A DNA stretch of 64,000 nt from Sminthopsis crassicaudata (Eukaryota): NCBI RefSeq assembly GCF_048593235.1, contig NC_133617.1:648252958-648316957 (forward strand), given 5' to 3'. A program made the translations under genes and the position numbers. Within the stretch, counting starts at the first letter, position 1. Each line of letters opens with the position of its first letter. Positions 13,200-25,914 of the stretch are shown one piece after another. The notes under the pieces were generated by a model. It made no database searches. It worked only from the letters and a program-made list of their open reading frames with translations, and was not told the origin of the DNA.

Positions 13200-13830
13200 G
13201 ACCTATTTGAGGCATAATAATAATACTGAAATTTTTACACAATTTTATTTGAGTCTCACAATATTCCAATGAGTTTGGACTTTCAAGTATTTTTATCTAT
13301 CCTTATTTTACAATGAAACTAAAACCCAGAGAGGTTGAAATTTACAAATGATCACATAGTTATCAATCAATCAATATTAATAAATTCCTGTTTTATATTA
13401 GGTAGAGGGCAAGGATCTAGATATGCAAAAATACAAAACAAATAAAATTGTTCCTATCTCTAAGGAGTCTACAAAAGCATACACAAAAGAGATACAAGAC
13501 CATTTAAGGAGAAGAGCAGTAGGAAAGGCTTCCAGTAGAAAATGATGCTTGAAACTGAGTCTAGGAGTAAACTAGTAACCTTAAGAGGTAAAGATGAGGA
13601 AGGTATGCATTTCCCATTGTGTGGGACAGCCAATGAAAAGGCACAGAGTTGGAAGATGGAGTGCCCTCTATGAGAAAGAGTTAGACCACTTTTTTTTATC
13701 ATTAGAGCAGAGTATAAAAAAGATAAAAAAGGGAGGTTGGGGCCAAGAAGTAATGAATTTTAAAAGCCAACAAAGAAGTTTGTAATTTTCCCTAGAGGAG
13801 AGAAAGAATCACTGCAATGCTAAGGAAATC
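13200..13830 (-). mobile_element. MIR fragment followed by L2 3' fragment
   Basis: ttatttacaatgaaactaaaacccagagaggttg (MIR); tcaatcaatcaatattaataaa...ttcctatctctaaggagtctaca...gaaactgagt (L2 antisense). Confidence 0.65.
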
Positions 13831-16149
13831 TTCTTAATCTAGTGTTGGAGGGGCATACCTGTAGACCATGCTGCTGCCAAGACTGAGAAAATGGATCACT
13901 TGAATCTGGGAGACCTGAGTTAAGGCAGAGTTAAAATTAACTGAGGAACTGTACTACATCAGGCACTAATATGGTGAGTCCATGAATAGAACAGAAGGGT
14001 TTAAATTCTTGGTTTCAAAAATTACTGATAAATTTTTAAACCAAACCTAAATGTTATGTAGCTTTGCATCATGTATACATGTTATGTAGACAGCATCATG
14101 ATTGCTCACTTATAGAAGCACTTCAGGTTTATACAGCATCTTCTATCCATTACCTTATGTGACTCTCACAACAATCTCATAAGATAAGTGGTTCAAATAT
14201 TCTTGTCTACATAATTTATTGATAAGGAATCTGAGGCACAGNNNNNNNNNNNNNNNNNNNNNNNNNNNNNNNNNNNNNNNNNNNNNNNNNNNNNNNNNNN
14301 NNNNNNNNNNNNNNNNNNNNNNNNNNNNNNNNNNNNNNNNNNNNNNNNNNNNNNNNNNNNNNNNNNNNNNNNNNNNNNNNNNNNNNNNNNNNNNNNNNNN
14401 NNNNNNNNNNNNNNNNNNNNNNNNNNNNNNNNNNNNNNNNNNNNNNNNNNNNNNNNNNNNNNNNNNNNNNNNNNNNNNNNNNNNNNNNNNNNNNNNNNNN
14501 NNNNNNNNNNNNNNNNNNNNNNNNNNNNNNNNNNNNNNNNNNNNNNNNNNNNNNNNNNNNNNNNNNNNNNNNNNNNNNNNNNNNNNNNNNNNNNCTCTAA
14601 ACTTGTTTCCTGAGTGAATTTCCTCTTTTTACTGTTTCTATAACAGCATACTGTGCTTATTGGCATGATTATCCATTTCCAAGTCTATCTATCTTTCAAT
14701 TTCAATCTGTTCCTCAACTACTCAAGAAATTCTTCTCTTCTTCTATCTCATTTTCAAGGTGTTTTTTTTTTTAAACGCCCAATTATGACTTGCTGTGACT
14801 TCATGGAAATTCTAATTTTGAAAATATTTTCATATATGGACACCAAAGTTTTTTTCCACTCTTTGCTTTGACACAAAAGTTACCTTTTCTTTTTTCAAGT
14901 TGAATTATCTTTTACTCTTTCCATATCCACAGCTCCCATAATCTACTGTCAAGTTTTGTCAATTCTACCTCTACAATTCATTTTCCATCTGTCACCTTCT
15001 TTCCACTGAAACTACCACTACTCCAGTTTACTCCCTAATTATTTGTCCTATGTACAACTTAAATATCTGTTATCAAATGACTAGAATTTGCCAAGTTCTG
15101 GCAATAAAAAGATAAAAATTAAACAGTCCTTGCCTTCAAGGAGCTTAAATTAGAAAAGACAAGTACATATGTGTGTGTAAGTGCATAAATAACACTCAAA
15201 ATCTCCCTCCTTCATTCTCTTTTCTCTCTACTCCATTCTTCACACAACCTACCAAAATAATCTTCCTAATGCACAGGTCTGACCATCCTGATCCTCTACT
15301 TAAAAATTCTGAGTTTTGTCTTAGAAAAAGAAAGGGAGGAAGAAAACAAAAGAGAGGGTGTGATAATAAGCAGAATAGTATAAACAGTACAATACTTGGG
15401 AGTCAAGAAAACCTGGGTAGAATGAATAAAGAAATCTCTTTACACTTCAATTTCGTTAGCTATAAAATGAGAATAATAATATCCAAAGCATTTACCTTAT
15501 GAGATTATAAAGAAAAAATGAGATGATTTATTTGAATAAACACTATAAGGCATGATGTGAATAATGATAACTATCATTTTTATTGTTATTATCATTATTA
15601 TTGTTAAATAGACACTCATATATATGTTACCTCTCAGATAGCATTTTGTACAAATGCTTTAGCCTGGCATTTATGGTTCTTTTACTCAAATTTGCCTTTT
15701 GAGTCTTATGACATACTACTTTCTTCCATGCATAGTCATCATTCTGGCAAAACTGAATAGTTCCCAAAATTCATCCTATATTCTCCTGCATTTCCATAGG
15801 CCTCCAATCATGTACAAAATGCACTTCCCCTTCAATTTTGCTAGATGAAATCCTGTTCTTGAAGACTCAGTTCAGGGGTTACTTCCTCCTCAAGGCTTTT
15901 CTTCATCATCACCCCTCCCAAACTTAAAACACTCACTGTATTATTATGTCATATTCCAATAATAGATTAAAAGTTCATTTTTCATCTTTGAAACTTAACA
16001 AAACAGATCTTACATGTAGTAGGTATCTAATAAGTTGGGTTTTTAAAGGCTTTTAGGACACTGAGTGGTTCCCTCACACAACATAACAAATATAAATGCA
16101 TACATATGTTTGTGTCTACACACACACACACATATACTCATGGATGCCT

Positions 16150-17187
16150 AATGGTCAAAGGATATCAACAGACAATTTTCAGATGATGAAATTGAAACTA
16201 TTTCTAGTCACATGAAAAGGTGCTCCAAATCACTATTGATCAGAGAAATGCAAATTAAGACGACTCTGAGATACCACTACATATGTCTTAGATTAACTGA
16301 GATGACAGGAAAAGATAATGACGAATGTCAGAGGGGATGTGGGAAAACTGAGACACTGATGTTGGTGGAGTGGTGAACAGATCCAACCATTTTGGAGAAC
16401 AATTTAAAACTATACTCAAAAACTTGTAAAACTGTGCATACTTTTTGATCCAGTAGTGTTCCTACTGGGCTTATATCCCCAAAAGATATTAAAGAAGGGA
16501 AAAGGACCTGTATGTGCCAAAATGTTTGTGGCAGCCCTTTTTGTAGTGGCTAGAAACTGGAAATTGAATGGATGTCCATCAATTGGAGAACTGCTGAGTA
16601 AATTATGGTATATGAATGTTATAGAATATTATTGTTCTGTAAGAAATGACCAGCAGGATGAATACAGAGAAGTTTGGAGAGATTTACATGAACTGATGCT
16701 AAGTGAAATGAGCAGAACCAGGAGATCATTTTATACTTCAACAACAATACTATATGAGGATCAATTCTGATGGAAGTGGCTATTTTCAACAATGAGAGGA
16801 TCCAAAATTGATCAGTAATGAACATAACTAGCTATACCTAGTAAAAGAATGCTGGGAAATGAGTGTGAACCAAAACATAGCATTTATACTCTTTCTGTTA
16901 CTATTTGCTTGCATTTTTGTTTTTCTTCGCAGGTTATTTTTACCTTCTTTCTAAATCTGATTTTTCTTGAGTAGCAAGACAACTGCATAAATATGTTATA
17001 CATATATTGTATTTAACATATACTTTAATTTATTTAACATGTATGGGACTAACTGCCATCTAAGGGAGGGGCTGAAGGGAAGGAACAGAAGTGGAACAGA
17101 AGTTTTTGCAAGGGTCAATGTTGAAAAATTATCAATACATAGATTTTGTCAATAAAAAGCTACAATAAAAAAATTTTTTAAAAAAAA
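16150..17187 (+). mobile_element. 5'-truncated L1 3' end (~1 kb)
   Basis: ORF 16456-16770 (GKGPVCAKMFVAALFVVARNWKLNGCPSIGE...LSEMSRTRRS) is L1 ORF2 C-terminus; 3'UTR with G-rich segment, AATAAA and A-tail to 17187. Confidence 0.95.
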
Positions 17188-17189
17188 GC

Positions 17190-19100
17190 ATTCATTAAAT
17201 TCCTATTACTATGTACCAGACACTATGCTAGGACCCAGGGATATATTGACCAAAGTCATTGTAAAATAGTATCTATTATTGAGATGCTTATATTTTAATG
17301 GAGGGTATAAAAATGTATATATACAAAATAACTACAAAATATGTATTTAAATAAAATATACAAAATAACATTATGAGAAAGAAGGTAATAGCAACAGGGG
17401 TAACAGAAAAGGCTTCATGAGAAAGATAATATTCAAGAAAAAAATCAGAGATCCAAGAGTCTTAGGTGAGAAGAGAGTGCATTTTAGACTTGGAAGATGG
17501 CCAACAGAAAAACATGGAGACAAGGAAAAGAATGCTATGTGTGGGAAAAGAGTAAGAAAGTGAATATGGTTGGACAGAAAAGTGTGAAGAAGAGGCCTAT
17601 ATAACAACAACAACAAAAAAAGGAAAGGTCAGATGGATTTTGAATAGTTTTAAATGACAGAAAAGTTACTATGTCATCTGAAACAGATTAGAATCAGAAA
17701 TCACTAGTTTATTGGAGCCAGTGGAGTATGGATACAGTTAGTCCTGTTAAAGAAAAATCACTTTGGCAGCTGAATGGAGGGCAGATTAGACAGGAGAAAA
17801 ATGTGAGAAAGGGAAAGAAATAAAGAAACTATTGCAACAGAACCAGAGACATGTTAAAAGGACATAACTACTATGGTGACCATAGGCATAAAAAAAAGGT
17901 AAGAGATTTCAAAGAGGTAGCCAAGAGAAGATCTGGGGAATGCCTGGAAATGTGGAATAAGAAAGAGTGAGATATTTATAATGTTCTTTTCTCTAAATTG
18001 TAATGGTTCTCTGAGAGCAGATCTCTTGGGGAGCTTCTGGAGGCAGCCTTAGTTTCAGTTCAGTTCAGTTCAGTTCAATAGTCCCAAATGCAGCCAGGAG
18101 TTAAAGTCCAACTTCTTTATTGTCTCTTCCAAAATCTTATCTCCTTCACTTGGCGCTCGGCTAGTTTTCTAGAGGTATTCCTCTCTCCTTGGTTACCGAG
18201 AGTACTTGTCCGAATTGTCTCCAGCAAGCACAAACATGGCAGTAGGTCAATGACTCTGAATCTTGTGGAGCTTCCTTGAAATTCTCCTGAAGTCCTCTCC
18301 CAAAGTTCTGAAGTTCTCCCAAAGTTCTGTGAGATTCTCGCTTATGTGTCCCACACTGACTATACACCAATCATTTTATCATGAGGAAACCATTATTTGT
18401 TGTAGGATCAAATCAATGCTAAATTAGATTTAACCATTGTCTCCTCAATTCCACTCAGTACCTTGTTTCAAATTCTGGTCCATAACATCTCCTTGTAGGG
18501 TCAGATCAATCATACTGAACCATGTTAAATTAGATAATTATAGTCTCCATTCATTCCAGTGATTTAGTAGATTGTAAGAATCCTAACAGACACTGAAGGT
18601 AGTGCAGGGCTGAAAACATGATTCATGAAAGGATGGTGAGGCTCTCAAAAAAAAACAGAGATGTTTTTGAAGAGGAGCAGGTTTGGGGCTTGGGAGAAGG
18701 AACAATAATGATTTGTTATTTTAAACATGCTGAGTTTACAGTATGTTAAGTTCAAATCAAGTTCAAAATATCCTACAAACAGAGCTCAGGAGAGAGTTGC
18801 TGGGAATCATATGCATAAATATGATAATTAAACTCTTGAAAGCTGATGAGTTCACCAAGTAAGAGTATACAGAGAAAAAGAGAAAAGATTCAAAATAGAA
18901 ACTTGGGGTATATAACCACAGTTAGAAGTGTGTGTGACATGGATGATGATCAAGCAAAAGAGACTGAAGGTATTGTTCAAACAAATGGAGAGAGAATCAA
19001 GAGAGGATTGTGTCAAAAGACTCTAGAGAACAGAGAGAGGGAAGTCAACAGAATCATCTACTGCTGAGAGGCAAACAAGGATTAAACTTGGGAAAAGGTG
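17190..19100 (-). mobile_element. L2 LINE relic split by the solo LTR
   Basis: cattcattaaattcctattactatgtaccagacactatgctagg (L2 3' end, antisense) continuing with typical decayed L2 purine-rich sequence on both sides of the LTR. Confidence 0.75.
17977..18588 (-). mobile_element. Solo ERV LTR (~610 bp) inserted in an L2 relic
   Basis: Minus strand starts TGttagg (18588) and ends ...ccattaCA (17999) or a decayed terminus at ~17977; AATAAA on minus at 18116-18121; decayed TATA-like gggacacataagcg at ~18340-18353; internal (cagtt)n; possible decayed 6-bp TSD gatatt/gacact; L2 sequence on both sides. Confidence 0.82.
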
Positions 19101-20405
19101 AATTAAATGATTTGTTAAGTTTGGAAAACACTTTAAAAAGATCATCGAGACCATTTAATTCAATCCCTTCATTTTATAAATGAGAAGAGAGGCCATGAAC
19201 AAATGTGTCCAAGGTCACATAGTGATGGAAAAAGTAGAATCAAAATTTGAACCCAAGGCCTCTGTGCTAGGATTTGAACTCAGGGATTTACCAATTCAAT
19301 ATTTCTGCATAGTAATATGTAATGAGTAATCCTTTTACTGTGAGCAAATATCATCAAGCTAATGGAGGACAAATTCAATTTGAGGAGTAGTGAGAAGAAA
19401 CCCTTGGAGAAAATCTTACACCTTTAGACTTAAAACCTCATGATGGGAAAAAAGGAAACCAAACAACCCCTAACACACAGTCACTGGGGTAACAGATAGA
19501 ATGGGGCAGAACCAACATTAAAAGATATTTATATATGAAGTTCAGCCAAAGAAGAAGAAAATCAAAAGTTTATTAATTATCTCTGCTAACAAATGCCAAA
19601 TCTAACTAATTCTATTCATCTTCCATCTCATTTTGGCCACACCTAAGGTATAGATCTGCCCACTATTGCAAGGGTGATTTCAGTTTCAAGGTAACTTCAA
19701 TTCTATGGGGATGAGGAATATTATTAGTGACCTCTGAAAGAGGTTTAAAAAAAAAAAAAAAAAGAAGGATGTGGAAGCTAGCCAAGATATGTTGAGCAAA
19801 GCAGTGGTGGAAAGACAGTCAACAGTGGTCATAAGGTAGTCCATTTTGATCTAAGAAGACAGAAGGAGGGCAGCAGGATGTAGCAAGGATTCAGAAGCCA
19901 ACAGCAAATATTGTATCATGAAAATTAAGCAGACGTAATCAAAGACATTGCTCAATGTCTTTCAATGTCTCCCTAATTTCTACAAAATAAAGTCAAAGTT
20001 CTTTAGGCTCATATTCAGGTCATTCATGTTGCCCTTTTATTATTGTTGTTGCTATGATAATAATTATTATCAATCATCTCATGTCATGATATGGTTAAAT
20101 TAATAAAGTATTTTAGAATCATTAGCTCATTTGACTCTCATGACAATAAGTAAAGCTAATTTTGCAATTATTCTTAATCTTGCTTTTAAAAGGAAAGGAA
20201 TCTAGAACTCAGAGAAGGAATGTCTCCCTAGGGTCCTTTAGCTAACAAACATCAGAGGTAGAATCTCAAAAAACAAGACCTCTCACACCTCTACACCCAA
20301 CATTTCATTACACTGTACAACCAGATTAATGTTCAGAGCCGACTGCAGTAAAAAGAGCCCTAGGTATGGAGTAAAATTAAATAAGCTAGAATCCCAGTTC
20401 TGGGG

Positions 20406-21234
20406 TGTGAGTGGTAGGTCCTTTCCTTCTCCAGAATGAATGGTGTGTTCACATATTTGCTATGGGAGCCACAGTGGACAACCAAGTTAATACATTTCTG
20501 GAACTTTGGGAGCCACAGTGGACAACCAAGTTAATACATTTCTGGAACTTTAAAAGAGCTTAGCAAAAGAATTAAGTGAAATGCAAATAAATAATGAAAG
20601 CAATAGGCTCTTTCATTTATTTACTTAATTTATCTTTAGATGCTGAAAGGTAGATGCATAAAGAAGAAGACAGAGATGAAAAGAAATGAATAAGAGGTAA
20701 TATCAACACACCAAACCAGGGTAGCATCCAACATTCCCAGATGTGGCCAGGGAAAAGGAAAGCTAACCACAGGGATTACATCATAAAGCACTGGGCATTG
20801 CAGACTTCAACAGTTGTAGGAAGAAGAGGCCCACAATGAGCTTCCAAGGGGCTACCCCTAAGACTTAGTACATTATTAAAGCAAACTCTTGCCACAGCTA
20901 CTATCATCACCCCTGAAGAGAATCAGGAATTCCACAGAGGACAGCAATGTCACACTCAAATTATATGAGAGGATTCCCAGAACTTATGTCATAGGCACAG
21001 GTGTCAATCAGCAAGGTTGTATGGTAAATGGAAGGTTCTGGGAAGATTCCGGAAGATGGAAGGAATATGAAAGTAGGAGAAAGGAAGAAAGGTAGAGCAG
21101 ATCCAGCCTGTCAAAGAAAGCCTGGTTCTGAAAGATCACAGGTGTTTCCAGGCTACAATAGTTATGTGCTGCACACTAAATATGTTCTAAGTTTTCCTAC
21201 TTACTTTAAATATAAGTAATGACATATATAATCA
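20406..21234 (+). mobile_element. Probable LTR-type element (~830 bp), family not identified
   Basis: Starts TGtgag immediately after a MIR 5' fragment and ends ...tatataatCA abutting the L1 tail; purine-rich R-like segment; no canonical AATAAA near the 3' end and no TSD seen. Confidence 0.45.
20464..20551. repeat. Perfect 44-bp tandem duplication (2 copies)
   Basis: gggagccacagtggacaaccaagttaatacatttctggaacttt at 20464-20507 and 20508-20551. Confidence 0.97.
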
Positions 21235-21620
21235 TTTTTTAATTAAAGCTTTTTATTTACAAAGCATATGCATGGGTAATTTTTCCAACATTGTTCCAAA
21301 TTTTCCCCTCTTTACCCCTACCTCCTCCTCTAGCTGGCAGATAGTCCAATAAATGTTAAATATGTTGAAATACACGTTAGATCCAATATATGTATACTAT
21401 TTATACAGTTATCTTGTTGCACATGAAAAATCAGATCAAGGAGAAAGGAAAAAAAAAAAAAACCAAGAAAGAAAACAACAGAAAGAGTGAGAATACTTTG
21501 CTGTGTTCCACACTCTGTTCCCATGGTTCTCTCTCTGCATGTGAATGTCTCTCTTCATCACTGCACAAGTAGAACTCATTAAAATCATCTCAATGTTGAA
21601 GAGAACCACATCCATCAGAA

Positions 21621-24600
21621 TTAATTGTCATACAGTCTTCTTGTTGCCATGTATAATGATCTCCTGATTTTGTTCATTTCATTTTGCATCAGTTCAGTTA
21701 GGTTTCTCCAAGCCTCTCTGAAATCATCCTGCTGGTTGTTTCTTACAGAACAATATTCTATAGCATTTATATACCATAATTTATTCAGCCATTCTCCTAT
21801 TGATTGGCATCCACTCAGTTTCCAGTTTCTTGCCATTACAAAAAGGGCTGCCACAAACATTTTTGCACATGTGAGTCCCTTTCCCTCCTTTAGGATCTTT
21901 TTGGGATATAATCCCAGTAGAAATATTCTGCTGGAGCAAAGCATATGTAGTTTGATAACTTTTTGAGCCTAATTCCAAATTGCTCTCCAAAATAGTTGTA
22001 TCCATTCACAGCTCCACCAATAATGCATTAGTGTCCCAGTTTTCTCACATCCCGTCCATCATTCATCATTATCTTTTCCTGTCATCTTAGCCAATCTGAT
22101 ATATGTGTAATGGTATCTCAGATTTGTCTTAATTTGCATTTCTCTGATCAATAGTGACTCGGAACACCTTTTCATGTGGCTACAAATAGTTTAAATTTCT
22201 TCATCTGAAAATTGTCTGTTCATATCTTTTGACCAAGTATCAACTGGAAAATAGCTTGAACTATTAAAAATTTGAGTCAGTTCTCTATGTATTTTAGAAA
22301 TGAGATCCTTTGGATATAAAAATGTTTTCCCAGTTTATTGCTTCCCTTCTTATCATATCTCCATTAGTTTTGTTTGTACAAAAACTTTTTAACTTACTAT
22401 AATCAAAAGTATGTATTTTGTGATCAATAATGATCTTTAGTTCTTCTTTGGTCACAAATTCCTTCTTCCTCCACAAATCTTAAGAGGTAAACTATCCTAT
22501 ATTCTTCTAATTTATTCATGAACCCATTTCAACTTTATCTTGGTATACAGTGTTAGGTGTAGATCTATGCCTACTTTCTGCCATACTAGTTTCCAATTTT
22601 CCCAGAAGTTTTTGTCAAATAATGAATTCTTATCCCAAAAGCTGGAGCCTGTGGGATTGTCACATACTAGAATGTTATAAAAATTGAATATTTTGTTTGG
22701 TGAACCTAACCTATTCCATTGATCAACTTCTCTATTTCTTAGGCAAATGGTTTTGATGCCTACTACTTTATAATATAGTTTTAGCTCTAGTACAGCTAAG
22801 CCACCTTCATTTGCTTTTCTCTTCATTAATTCCTTTGAAATTCTTGACTTTTTGTTCTTCCAGATGAATTTTGAAGTTATTTTTTCTAATTTGGTAAAAT
22901 AATTTCTTGGGACTTTGGTATAGCACTTAATAAATAGATTAATTTAAGTAATATTGTCATCTTTATTATATTCATTTGACCTACCAACAGCACTTGCTTA
23001 GATCTGACTTGATTTGTGTGGAAATTATTTTGTAGTTTTGCTTATATAGTTCCTGACTTTCCCTTGGCAGATAAAATTCCCAAATATTTTATATTATCAA
23101 CAGTTATTTTAAGTGGAATTTCTCTTTGTATCTCTTGCTGTTGGATTTTGTTAGTGATGTATAAGAATGCTGATGATTTATGTGGATTTATTTTATATCC
23201 TGCAACTTTGTTAAAGTTGTGAATTATTTCTAATAGCTTTTTAGTTGATTCTCTGGGGTTCTCTAAGTATATCATCATATCATCTGTAAAGAGTCATAAT
23301 TTGGTTTCCTAATTGCCTACTCTAATTCCTTTAATCTCTTTTTCTTCTTTTATTGCCAAGGCTAGCATTTCTAACACAATGCTAAAAAGCAATGGTGATA
23401 GTGGGCAACACTATTATTCACCCCTGATCTTACTGGGAATGATTCTAGTTTATCCCCGTTACATATGATGCTTCCTGATGGTTTTAAATAGATGCTAGCT
23501 ACTATTTTAAAGAAAAGTCCATTTAATCCTATACTCTCGTGTTTTTATTAGGAATGGGTGTTGGACTTTATCAAATGCTTTTCCTGTATCTATTGAGATA
23601 ATAATATGATTTTTGTTAATTTGGTTATTGACATAGTCAATTATACTAATACAGTTTTCCTAATATTGAACCAGCCCTGCATTCCTGGTACAAATCCTAC
23701 TTGATCATGGTATATGATCCTGAGGATGATCTTCTATAATCTTTTTGCTAATAGTTTATTTAAGATTTTTGCATCAATATTAATTAGGGAGATTGGTCTA
23801 TAATTTTCTTTCTCTGTTTTCATCCTACCTGGTTTAGGTATCAGTACCATGTCTGTGTCATAAGGAATTTGGTAGAAGCCCTTCATTCCCTATTTTTTCA
23901 AATAGTTTACATAGTATTGGAGTTAATTGTTCTTTAAATGTTTGGTAGAATTCACATGTAAATCCATCTGGTACTGGGGATTTTTTATTAAGAGTTGATT
24001 AATAGCTTCTATTTCTTTTTCTAAAATGGAACTGTTTAAGTAATTTATTTCCTCTTCTGTTAATCTGAGTAATCTATATTTTTGTAGGTACGCCTCCATT
24101 TCACTTACGTTGTTAAGTTTATTGGCACAAAGTTGGTTAAAGTAACTCCTAATTATTGTTCCAGTTTCCTCTTCACTGGTGGATAGTTTTCCCTTTTCAG
24201 TTTTGAGACTAATAATTTGATTTTCCTTTTCCTTTTTTTAATTAAATTAAAAAAAAAAAAAGCTTTATCTATTTTGTTGGTTTTTTCATGAAACCAATTC
24301 TTAGTTTTATTTATTAATTTAATAGTTTCTTTTAGTTTCAATTTTACTAATCTCTCCTGTTATTTTTAGAATTTCAAGTTTGTTATTTGATTGGGGGGGT
24401 TTTAATTTGTTCCTATTCTAGCTTTTTTAGATGCAAGCCCAATTTATTGATCTTCTTTTTCTCCATTTTATGTAAGAAAGCATCTAGAGATATGAAATTT
24501 CTCCTTATTACTGCTTTGGCTGCATCCCACAAATTTTGGTATGTTGTCTCATTGTCATTCTCTTGGGTGAAATTATTGATTGTGTCTATGATTTGCTGTT

Positions 24601-25402
24601 TCACCCATTCATTCCTTAGGATGAGATTATTTAGTTTCCAATTTCATTTTGGTCTATTTTCCCCTGGCCCTTTATTGAATGTAATTTTTATTGCATTGTG
24701 ATCTTAAAAAAAAATGCATTTACTATTTCTGCCTTTCTGCATTTGATTTTGAGGTCTTTATGTCCTAATATATGGTCAATTTTTGTATACGTTCCATGAA
24801 CTGCTGAGAAGAAAGTGTACTCCTTTCTGTCTCCATTCAATTTTCTACAAATATCTATCATATATAATTTTTCTAGTATTCTACTTACCACTTTAACTTC
24901 TTTATTTATTTTGTGGTTTGATTTATCTTGTTCTGAGAAAGCAAGGTTAAGATCTCCTATTATTATAGTTTTGCTGTCTATTTCTTCTTGAAACTCTCTT
25001 AACTTTTCCTTTAGGAATTTAGATGCATTACCACTTGGTTCATATATGTTTAATATTGATATTGCTTCATTATTTATGGTACCTTTTAGCAAGATAGTTT
25101 CCTTCTTTATCTCTTTTAATTAGATCAATTTTTGCTTTTTCTTGATTTGAGATCAGGATAGCTACCCCTGCTTTTTTTTTTTTTTTTTTTTTTTTTAAAC
25201 TTCACCTGAAGCAAAATAGATTCTGCTCCAGCCTTTTGCCTTTATCCTGTATGTTACCACTCTGCTTTAAATGTGTTTCTTGTAAACAACATATTGTAGG
25301 ATTCTGGCTTTTAATCCAGTCTGCTATCTGCTTACATTTTATGGAAGAGTTTACCCCATTCACTTTTACAGTTAAAACTACTAATTCTGTATTTCCTGCC
25401 AT
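21621..25402 (-). pseudogene. L1 ORF2p remnant (endonuclease, reverse transcriptase, C-terminal region), fragmented
   Basis: Collinear ORF-track peptides 25202-25402, 24688-25092, 24413-24604, 24153-24341, 23042-23278, 22512-22826, 22294-22476 and 21621-21944 all match L1 ORF2 segments in order; frameshifts and a T24 run at ~25173-25196 break the frame. Confidence 0.93.
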
Positions 25403-25914
25403 CTTATTAACCTTGAATTATACTTTTTCTCTTTCCTTATTGCCTTTCCTTCTTCCCCAGTATTTTACTCATAAGGACTATTTGCCTCAAGCAGTCCTCC
25501 CCCTTTTAGAGACCCTCCCCCTTTCTTAAACCTTTCCCCTATTTCTCTTTTCCCTTCTATTTAGACTACCCCTTCCCTTTTACCCTTTTCTCTCCCACTT
25601 TTTTATAAGATGAGAGATGTTTCTCAGTGAAACCAAATATAGCTAATATTCTTTCTTTGGGCCAAATCTGATGAGAGTAAGATTCACACAATATTTTCCT
25701 TTCTTTCCCTCAATTATAATGTTTTCTTTGCCCCTTGCTGAGATGTAATTTCCCTCACTTTACCTCCATTTTCTCCCTTTTTTCTGTTACAATCCCCTTT
25801 CCATCTCGTTTCTTTTTTATGATAACAGTAAAATCAGATTATACATGTACACGCAAGTATACCCATAACAAAAATACAATTCTCAAGTTTTTTGTTTTTT
25901 TTCTTTTTACCTTT

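Noticed and set aside
14242-14594. Exon call for the 353-nt N-run
   Set aside because: Left flank is a MIR/MAR1 core (gaatctgaggcacag), and no pyrimidine tract or donor is visible; more like an ordinary gap.
20464-20551. CRISPR-like direct repeat
   Set aside because: Only two abutting copies, no spacer, no cas genes, eukaryotic context.
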